A stretch of 64,000 bases of DNA. Source: the human T2T-CHM13v2.0 reference genome, Homo sapiens. The position numbers and the translations under genes were made by a program. Numbering within the stretch: the stretch's first letter is position 1; the number at the start of each line of letters is the position of its first letter. Under the pieces are notes generated by a model. The model saw only the letters and a list, made by a program, of their open reading frames with translations, was not told the origin of the DNA and made no database searches. The stretch lies in NCBI RefSeq assembly GCF_009914755.1, contig NC_060939.1. One strand, written 5' to 3'. Shown in pieces: positions 54,101-64,000 of this stretch.

Positions 54101-55935
54101 TTCTATTTGAGTCCATTCCCTTTGATTCCATAACATTTGAGTCCATTCAATTCCATTCCTTTCGTTTCCATTCCATTTGATGCCATTCCATTCAATTCTG
54201 TTCTACTCGACTCCAATACATTCAATTCCATTCCATCCGATTCCATTACATTCTTTTCATTTCTTATCCATTTCAAGCCATTCCACTCCATTCCATTCCA
54301 CTCGTTTCCTTTCCATTCGAGTCCATTCCTCTCCAGTCCATTCCGTTCAATCCATTCCATTCCAGTCCATTCCATTCGAGTCCGTTCCATTCCAGTCCAT
54401 TCCATTCGAGTCAATTCCATTCCATTCGATGTCTTTCCATAACGATCCATTCCATTCTATTCCTTTCGATTCCATTCCATTCTATTTCATTCCATTCGAT
54501 TCCCTTCCATTGGACTCCTTTCCATTCGAGTGCATTCCATTCCGTTCCATTTCTTTCCATTCTGTACGATTCCTACCGTTCGATTTCATTTTGTTCCAGT
54601 CCATTCCTTTCGCGTCCATTCCATTCCATTTCACTCCATTCGATTCCATTCCACTCGATTCCACTTCGTTCCATTTCATTGCATTCCATTCTATTCAACT
54701 CTATTGCCTTCCATTCCATTCCATTCGATTACATTCCATGCGATTCCATTCGAAATCGAATCAATTACATTGCAATCCATTACTATTGAGTCCGTTTTAT
54801 TCCAGTCCACTGCATTCTGGTCCATTCCATTTGATTCCATTCCATTCTATTCCATTCCATACAGTTGCATTCCATTGGATTCCATGCTATATCTATAAAT
54901 TCAATTCGAGACCATTGCTTTTGAGTCCATTCTATATGATTCCATTCCATTCAAGTCCATTACATTTGGTTAAATTCCATTCCATTCGGTTCAATTCCAT
55001 TCCATTCCATTCCCTTGCATTCCATTCCAGTTGATATCAATACATTCGATTCCATTCCATTCGAGCACATTCCATTCGATGCCATTCCATTTGATTCTAT
55101 TCCATTAGTCTCCATTCAATTCCATTAATCTCCATTCCATTCCATTCTACTCCAACTGATTCCATTCCATTCTATTCCATTCCATTCCATTTCATTCCAT
55201 TCCATTCCATTTCATTCCATTCCATTCCATTCGTGTCCATTCCACTGCAGTCCATTCCATTCGTGTCCATTCCATTCCAGTCCATTCGATTTGTGTCCAC
55301 TGCATTCAATTCCACTCCATTCCATATTATTCCATTACACTCCATTCCATTCTATTACTTTTATTTCCATTCAATTCCATTCCATTTGATTCCATTCCAC
55401 TCGGTTTCATTCCATTTGAGTCCACTCCATTCCATTCCATTCCATTCCATTCAGTTCCATTCCATTCTGTTCCATTCCATTCCGTTCCATTACATTCCAT
55501 TCCATTCGGTACCATTCCATATTGTTCCATTCGATTCCATTCGAATCCATTCCATTCCAGTCCATTCCATTCGATTCCATTCCATTCATTTCAATTCCAT
55601 TCCATTCCATTCCATTACATTCCACTTGATTCCTCTCCATTCCCTTCCACTGCATTCCGTTCGATTCCATTCCATTGCATTGCATTCCATTCCATTGGAT
55701 TGCATTCCATTCGATTCCATTCCATTCGAATCAATTACATAGCAATCCATTACATTCGAGTCTATTCTCTTCCGTTCCATTCGATTTCGTTCCAATCCAT
55801 TCGATTCCATTCCATTCGATTCCATTCCATACTATTGCATTCCATTCGATTACATTATATTCGAATAAGTTCCATTCAAGACCATTTCTTTTGAGTCCAT
55901 TCTATTTGAGTCCATTCCCTTTGATTCCATAACAT
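45154..55935 (+). repeat. Six-unit block U26-U31, a copy of U5-U10
   Basis: Same ordered markers as U5-U10: CCAATCC unit, 10-bp-deleted unit with CATTCTATTAC, TACGTA short unit, CATAGAG unit, TTTTCG unit, PstI unit. Confidence 0.8.
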
Positions 55936-58900
55936 TTGAGTCCATTCAATTCCATTCCTTTCGTTTCCATTCCATTTGATGCCATTCCATTCAATTCTGT
56001 TCTACTCGACTCCAATACATTCAATTCCATTCCATCCGATTCCATTACATTCTTTTCATTTCTTATCCATTTCAAGCCATTCCACTCCATTCCATTCCAC
56101 TCGTTTCCTTTCCATTCGAGTCCATTCCTCTCCAGTCCATTCCGTTCAATCCATTCCATTCCAGTCCATTCCATTCGAGTCCGTTCCATTCCAGTCCATT
56201 CCATTCGAGTCAATTCCATTCCATTCGATGTCTTTCCATAACGATCCATTCCATTCTATTCCTTTCGATTCCATTCCATTCTATTTCATTCCATTCGATT
56301 CCCTTCCATTGGACTCCTTTCCATTCGAGTGCATTCCATTCCGTTCCATTTCTTTCCGTTCTGTACGATTCCTACCGTTCGATTTCATTTTGTTCCAGTC
56401 CATTCCTTTCGCGTCCATTCCATTCCATTTCACTCCATTCGATTCCATTCCACTCGATTCCACTTCGTTCCATTTCATTGCATTCCATTCTATTCAACTC
56501 TATTGCCTTCCATTCCATTCCATTCGATTACATTCCATGCGATTCCATTCGAAATCGAATCAATTACATTGCAATCCATTACTATTGAGTCCGTTTTATT
56601 CCAGTCCACTGCATTCTGGTCCATTCCATTTGATTCCATTCCATTCTATTCCATTCCATACAGTTGCATTCCATTGGATTCCATGCTATATCTATAAATT
56701 CAATTCGAGACCATTGCTTTTGAGTCCATTCTATATGATTCCATTCCATTCAAGTCCATTACATTTGGTTAAATTCCATTCCATTCGGTTCAATTCCATT
56801 CCATTCCATTCCCTTCCATTCCATTCCAGTTGATATCAATCCATTCGATTCCATTCCATTCGAGCACATTCCATTCGAGTCCATTCCATTCGATGCCATT
56901 CCATTTGATTCTATTCCATTAGTCTCCATTCAATTCCATTAATCTCCATTCCATTCCATTCTACTCCAACTGATTCCATTCCATTCTATTCCTTTCCATT
57001 CCATTTCATTCCATTCCATTCCATTCCATTCCATTCCATTCCATTCGTGTCCATTCCACTCCAGTCCATTCCATTCGTATCCATTCCATTCCAGTCCATT
57101 CCATTTGTGTCCACTGCATTCCATTCCACTCCATTCCATATTATTCCATTACACTCCATTCCATTCTATTACTTTCATTTCCATTCAATTCCATTCCATT
57201 TGATTCCATTCCACTCGGTTTCATTCCATTTGAGTCCACTCCATTCCATTCCATTCCATTCAGTTCCATTCCATTCTGTTCCATTCCATTCCGTTCCATT
57301 ACATTCCATTCCATTCGGTACCATTCCATATTGTTCCATTCGATTCCATTCGAATCCATTCCATTCCAGTCCATTCCATTCGATTCCATTCCATTCATTT
57401 CAATTCCATTCCATTACATTCCACTTGATTCCTCTCCATTCCCTTCCACTGCATTCCGTTCGATTCCATTCCATTGCATTGCATTCCATTCCATTGGATT
57501 GCATTCCTTTCGATTCCATTCCATTCGAATCAATTACATAGCAATCCATTACATTCGAGTCTATTCTCTTCCGTTCCATTCGATTTCGTTCCAATCCATT
57601 CGATTCCATTCCATTCGATTCCATTCCATACTATTGCATTCCATTCTATTACATTATATTCGAATAAGTTCCATTCAAGACCATTTCTTTTGAGTCCATT
57701 CTATTTGAGTCCATTCCCTTTGATTCCATAACATTTGAGTCCATTCAATTCCATTCCTTTCGTTTCCATTCCATTTGATGCCATTCCATTCAATTCTGTT
57801 CTACTCGACTCCAATACATTCAATTCCATTCCATCCGATTCCATTACATTCTTTTCATTTCTTATCCATTTCAAGCCATTCCACTCCATTCCATTCCACT
57901 CGTTTCCTTTCCATTCGAGTCCATTCCTCTCCAGTCCATTCCGTTCAATCCATTCCATTCCAGTCCATTCCATTCGAGTCCGTTCCATTCCAGTCCATTC
58001 CATTCGAGTCAATTCCATTCCATTCGATGTCTTTCCATAACGATCCATTCCATTCTATTCCTTTCGATTCCATTCCATTCTATTTCATTCCATTCGATTC
58101 CCTTCCATTGGACTCCTTTCCATTCGAGTGCATTCCATTCCGTTCCATTTCTTTCCGTTCTGTACGATTCCTACCGTTCGATTTCATTTTGTTCCAGTCC
58201 ATTCCTTTCGCGTCCATTCCATTCCATTTCACTCCATTCGATTCCATTCCACTCGATTCCACTTCGTTCCATTTCATTGCATTCCATTCTATTCAACTCT
58301 ATTGCCTTCCATTCCATTCCATTCGATTACATTCCATGCGATTCCATTCGAAATCGAATCAATTACATTGCAATCCATTACTATTGAGTCCGTTTTATTC
58401 CAGTCCACTGCATTCTGGTCCATTCCATTTGATTCCATTCCATTCTATTCCATTCCATACAGTTGCATTCCATTGGATTCCATGCTATATCTATAAATTC
58501 AATTCGAGACCATTGCTTTTGAGTCCATTCTATATGATTCCATTCCATTCAAGTCCATTACATTTGGTTAAATTCCATTCCATTCGGTTCAATTCCATTC
58601 CATTCCATTCCCTTCCATTCCATTCCAGTTGATATCAATCCATTCGATTCCATTCCATTCGAGCACATTCCATTCGAGTCCATTCCATTCGATGCCATTC
58701 CATTTGATTCTATTCCATTAGTCTCCATTCAATTCCATTAATCTCCATTCCATTCCATTCTACTCCAACTGATTCCATTCCATTCTATTCCTTTCCATTC
58801 CATTTCATTCCATTCCATTCCATTCCATTCCATTCCATTCCATTCGTGTCCATTCCACTCCAGTCCATTCCATTCGTGTCCATTCCATTCCAGTCCATTC

Positions 58901-59548
58901 GATTTGTGTCCACTGCATTCAATTCCACTCCATTCCATATTATTCCATTACACTCCATTCCATTCTATTACTTTTATTTCCATTCAATTCCATTCCATTT
59001 GATTCCATTCCACTCGGTTTCATTCCATTTGAGTCCACTCCATTCCATTCCATTCCATTCCATTCAGTTCCATTCCATTCTGTTCCATTCCATTCCGTTC
59101 CATTACATTCCATTCCATTCGGTACCATTCCATATTGTTCCATTCGATTCCATTCGAATCCATTCCATTCCAGTCCATTCCATTCGATTCCATTCCATTC
59201 ATTTCAATTCCATTCCATTCCATTCCATTACATTCCACTTGATTCCTCTCCATTCCCTTCCACTGCATTCCGTTCGATTCCATTCCATTGCATTGCATTC
59301 CATTCCATTGGATTGCATTCCATTCGATTCCATTCCATTCGAATCAATTACATAGCAATCCATTACATTCGAGTCTATTCTCTTCCGTTCCATTCGATTT
59401 CGTTCCAATCCATTCGATTCCATTCCATTCGATTCCATTCCATACTATTGCATTCCATTCGATTACATTATATTCGAATAAGTTCCATTCAAGACCATTT
59501 CTTTTGAGTCCATTCTATTTGAGTCCATTCCCTTTGATTCCATAACAT

Positions 59549-62050
59549 TTGAGTCCATTCAATTCCATTCCTTTCGTTTCCATTCCATTTGATGCCATTC
59601 CATTCAATTCTGTTCTACTCGACTCCAATACATTCAATTCCATTCCATCCGATTCCATTACATTCTTTTCATTTCTTATCCATTTCAAGCCATTCCACTC
59701 CATTCCATTCCACTCGTTTCCTTTCCATTCGAGTCCATTCCTCTCCAGTCCATTCCGTTCAATCCATTCCATTCCAGTCCATTCCATTCGAGTCCGTTCC
59801 ATTCCAGTCCATTCCATTCGAGTCAATTCCATTCCATTCGATGTCTTTCCATAACGATCCATTCCATTCTATTCCTTTCGATTCCATTCCATTCTATTTC
59901 ATTCCATTCGATTCCCTTCCATTGGACTCCTTTCCATTCGAGTGCATTCCATTCCATTCCATTTCTTTCCGTTCTGTACGATTCCTACCGTTCGATTTCA
60001 TTTTGTTCCAGTCCATTCTTTCGCGTCCATTCCATTCCATTTCACTCCATTCGATTCCATTACACTCGATTCCACTTCGTTCCATTTCATTGCATTCCAT
60101 TCTATTCAACTCTATTGCCTTCCATTCCATTCCATTCGATTACATTCCATGCGATTCCATTCGAAATCGAATCAATTACATTGCAATCCATTACTATTGA
60201 GTCCGTTTTATTCCAGTCCACTGCATTCTGGTCCATTCCATTTGATTCCATTCCATTCTATTCCATTCCATACAGTTGCATTCCATTGGATTCCATGCTA
60301 TATCTATAAACTCAATTCGAGACCATTGCTTTTGAGTCCATTCTATATGATTCCATTCCATTCAAGTCCATTACATTTGGTTAAATTCCATTCCATTCGG
60401 TTCAATTCCATTCCATTCCATTCCCTTCCATTCCATTCCAGTTGATATCAATCCATTCGATTCCATTCCATTCGAGCACATTCCATTCGAGTCCATTCCA
60501 TTCGATGCCATTCCATTTGATTCTATTCCATTAGTCTCCATTCAATTCCATTAATCTCCATTCCATTCCATTCTACTCCAACTGATTCCATTCCATTCTA
60601 TTCCTTTCCATTCCATTTCATTCCATTCCATTCCATTCCTTTCCATTCCATTCCATTCGAGTCCATTCCACTCCAGTCCATTCCATTCGTATCCATTCCA
60701 TTCCAGTCCATTCCATTTGTGTCCACTGCATTCCATTCCACTCCATTCCATATTATTCCATTACACTCCATTCCATTCTATTACATCCATTTCCATTCAA
60801 TTCCATTCCATTTGATTCCATTCCACTCGGTTTCATTCCATTTGAGTCCACTCCATTCCATTGCATTCCATTCAGTTCCATTCCATTCTGTTCCATTCCA
60901 TTCCGTTCCATTACATTCCATTCCATTCGGTACCATTCCATATTGTTCCATTCGATTCCATTCGAATCCATTGCATTCCAGTCCATTCCATTCGATTCCA
61001 TTCCATTCATTTCAATTCCATTCCATTCCATTCCATTACATTCCACTTGATTCCTCTCCATTCCCTTCCACTGCATTCCGTTCGATTCCATTCCATTGCA
61101 TTGCATTCCATTCCATTGGATTGCATTCCATTCGATTCCATTCCATTCGAATCAATTACATAGCAGTCCATTACATTCGAGTCTATTCTCTTCCGTTCCA
61201 TTCGATTTCGTTCCAATCCATTCGATTCCATTCCATTCGATTCCATTCCATACTATTGCATTCCATTCGATTACATTATATTCGAATAAGTTCCATTCAA
61301 GACCATTTCTTTTGAGTCCATTCTATTTGAGTCCATTCCCTTTGATTCCATAACATTTGAGTCCATTCAATTCCATTCCTTTCGTTTCCATTCCATTTGA
61401 TGCCATTCCATTCAATTCTGTTCTACTCGACTCCAATACATTCAATTCCATTCCATCCGATTCCATTACATTCTTTTCATTTCTTATCCATTTCAAGCCA
61501 TTCCACTCCATTCCATTCCACTCGTTTCCTTTCCATTCGAGTCCATTCCTCTCCAGTCCATTCCGTTCAATCCATTCCATTCCAGTCCATTCCATTCGAG
61601 TCCGTTCCATTCCAGTCCATTCCATTCGAGTCAATTCCATTCCATTCGATGTCTTTCCATAACGATCCATTCCATTCTATTCCTTTCGATTCCATTCCAT
61701 TCTATTTCATTCCATTCGATTCCCTTCCATTGGACTCCTTTCCATTCGAGTGCATTCCATTCCGTTCCATTTCTTTTCGTTCTGTACGATTCGTACCGTT
61801 CGATTTCATTTTGTTCCAGTCCATTCCTTTCGCGTCCATTCCATTCCATTTCACTCCATTCGATTCCATTCCACACGATTCCACTTCGTTCCATTTCATT
61901 GCATTCCATTCTATTCAACTCTATTGCCTTCCATTCCATTCCATTCGATTACATTCCATGCGATTCCATTCGAAATCGAATCAATTACATTGCAATCCAT
62001 TACTATTGAGTCCGTTTTATTCCAGTCCACTGCATTGTGGTCCATTCCAT
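59549..62050 (+). repeat. U34 and the first part of U35, paralogous to U11 and the first part of U12 (18134-20630)
   Basis: Shared rare variants ATAAACTCAA, CGAGTCCATTCCACTCC, TACATCCAT, CCATTGCATTCCATTCAG and GATTCGTACC, plus TTGTGG. The offset is 41415 bp at both unit starts. Confidence 0.85.
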
Positions 62051-64000
62051 TTGATTCCATTCCATTCTATTCCATTCCATACAGTTGCATTCCATTGGAT
62101 TCCATGCTATATCTATAAATTCAATTCGAGACCATTGCTTTTGAGTCCATTCTATATGATTCCATTCCATTCAAGTCCATTACATTTGGTTAAATTCCAT
62201 TCCATTCGGTTCAATTCCATTCCATTCCATTCCCTTCCATTCCATTCCAGTTGATATCAATCCATTCGATTCCATTCCATTCGAGCACATTCCATTCGAG
62301 TCCATTCCATTCGATGCCATTCCATTTGATTCTATTCCATTAGTCTCCATTCAATTCCATTAATCTCCATTCCATTCCATTCTACTCCAACTGATTCCAT
62401 TCCATTCTATTCCTTTCCATTCCATTTCATTCCATTCCATTCCATTCCATTCCATTCCATTCCATTCGTGTCCATTCCACTCCAGTCCATTCCATTCGTA
62501 TCCATTCCATTCCAGTCCATTCCATTTGTGTCCACTGCATTCCATTCCACTCCATTCCATATTATTCCATTACACTCCATTCCATTCTATTACTTTCATA
62601 TCCATTCAATTCCATTCCATTTGATTCCATTCCACTCGGTTTCATTCCATTTGAGTCCACTCCAATCCATTCCATTCCATTCAGTTCCATTCCATTCTGT
62701 TCCATTCCATTCCGTTCCATTACATTCCATTCCATTCGGTACCATTCCATATTGTTCCATTCGATTCCATTCGAATCCATTCCATTCCAGTCCATTCCAT
62801 TCGATTCCATTCCATTCATTTCAATTCCATTCCATTCCATTCCATTACATTCCACTTGATTCCTCTCCATTCCCTTCCACTGCATTCCGTTCGATTCCAT
62901 TCCATTGCATTGCATTCCATTCCATTGGATTGCATTCCATTCGATTCCATTCCATTCGAATCAATTACATAGCAATCCATTACATTCGAGTCTATTCTCT
63001 TCCGTTCCATTCGATTTCGTTCCAATCCATTCGATTCCATTCCATTCGATTCCATTCCATACTATTGCATTCCATTCTATTACATTATATTCGAATAAGT
63101 TCCATTCAAGACCATTTCTTTTGAGTCCATTCTATTTGAGTCCATTCCCTTTGATTCCATAACATTTGAGTCCATTCAATTCCATTCCTTTCGTTTCCAT
63201 TCCATTTGATGCCATTCCATTCAATTCTGTTCTACTCGACTCCAATACATTCAATTCCATTCCATCCGATTCCATTACATTCTTTTCATTTCTTATCCAT
63301 TTCAAGCCATTCCACTCCATTCCATTCCACTCGTTTCCTTTCCATTCGAGTCCATTCCTCTCCAGTCCATTCCGTTCAATCCATTCCATTCCAGTCCATT
63401 CCATTCGAGTCCGTTCCATTCCAGTCCATTCCATTCGAGTCAATTCCATTCCATTCGATGTCTTTCCATAACGATCCATTCCATTCTATTCCTTTCGATT
63501 CCATTCCATTCTATTTCATTCCATTCGATTCCCTTCCATTGGACTCCTTTCCATTCGAGTGCATTCCATTCCGTTCCATTTCTTTCCGTTCTGTACGATT
63601 CCTACCGTTCGATTTCATTTTGTTCCAGTCCATTCCTTTCGCGTCCATTCCATTCCATTTCACTCCATTCGATTCCATTCCACTCGATTCCACTTCGTTC
63701 CATTTCATTGCATTCCATTCTATTCAACTCTATTGCCTTCCATTCCATTCCATTCGATTACATTCCATGCGATTCCATTCGAAATCGAATCAATTACATT
63801 GCAATCCATTACTATTGAGTCCCTTTTATTCCAGTCCACTGCATTGTGGTCCATTCCATTTGATTCCATTCCATTCTATTCCATTCCATACAGTTGCATT
63901 CCATTGGATTCCATGCTATATCTATAAATTCAATTCGAGACCATTGCTTTTGAGTCCATTCTATATGATTCCATTCCATTCAAGTCCATTACATTTGGTT

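Larger units (their letters stand above)
1..64000 (+). repeat. Human Satellite III (HSat3) array of diverged (CATTC)n with a ~1.8 kb tandem unit, about 35.5 copies, all in one orientation
   Basis: CATTC and single-base variants (GATTC, CAGTC, GAGTC, AATTC, CATTG) run continuously on the + strand. Landmark motifs such as GAATAAGTTCC, CTGTACGATTC, TTGATATCAA and GGTACC recur every 1778-1817 bp. The ORF set repeats with the same period: (63166-174)/35 is about 1800 bp. Confidence 0.98.
1..64000. repeat. D15Z1: Probably D15Z1 (chromosome 15 short-arm HSat3, HSat3A5-like, the 1.8 kb KpnI satellite III family)
   Basis: Seen: a 1.8 kb period with a KpnI site GGTACC at the same position in the units (e.g. 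1539-1544). Established: D15Z1 was defined as a 1.8 kb KpnI Sat III repeat on 15p, DYZ1 has a ~3.6 kb period, and the ~1.8 kb chr1 repeat is HSat2. The locus is inferred, not confirmed by alignment. Confidence 0.72.

Noticed and set aside
140-63927. Hundreds of ORFs of 61-285 aa on both strands (HSIPF- and MEWNG-rich)
   Set aside because: They are the direct translation of (CATTC)n and (GAATG)n, which contain no stop codons. They overlap in all frames, are frameshifted freely by 1-bp and 5-bp indels between units, and show no domain or codon signature.
1-64000. CRISPR-like or other repeat-spacer array
   Set aside because: There are no unique spacers. The entire unit is repeated, and no cas-like or other real genes are present.
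1-64000. HSat2 (chr1 ~1.8 kb), DYZ1 or alpha satellite identity
   Set aside because: The sequence is dominated by CATTCCATTC runs without the GATGAT-containing HSat2 motif. The period is 1.8 kb rather than ~3.6 kb, and there is no 171-bp monomer.
1-64000. A strict fixed higher-order repeat (for example exactly 7 units) across the window
   Set aside because: The 12620 bp period holds well only for U13-U16 versus U20-U23. Marker spacings elsewhere are 3, 4, 6 or 7 units, so the organisation is irregular.

Overview
The whole 64 kb window is one uninterrupted, single-orientation array of human-type classical Satellite III (HSat3). It is built from diverged CATTC/GGAAT pentamers organised into a very homogeneous ~1.8 kb tandem unit, about 35.5 copies. 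Using the recurring 'MSPFNS' ORF start as an anchor, the units U1-U36 begin at 174, 1967, 3750, 5548, 7347, 9155, 10954, 12733, 14531, 16335, 18134, 19942, 21756, 23568, 25346, 27154, 28968, 30785, 32563, 34376, 36188, 37966, 39774, 41578, 43376, 45154, 46962, 48761, 50540, 52348, 54137, 55936, 57735, 59549, 61357 and 63166. Unit lengths are 1778-1817 bp, mean about 1800 bp. A KpnI site recurs at the same position in the units. A 1.8 kb KpnI Sat III unit matches the description of D15Z1 on 15p (HSat3A5-like); this assignment is an inference and no search was run. I see no real genes, RNA genes, transposon insertions, inversions or CRISPR arrays, and every listed ORF is a translation artefact of the pentamer. 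The interesting signal is structural and nested. The 1.8 kb unit is a cryptic dimer of ~0.83 and ~0.97 kb halves. Units fall into SNP/indel-defined types that recur in ordered strings, giving 3-, 4- and 7-unit local duplications and a 21/23-unit long-range duplication. There are also mosaic units, a probable conversion tract, a hypervariable pure (CATTC)n tract and clear CpG decay. I found no evidence for a new protein-coding system.
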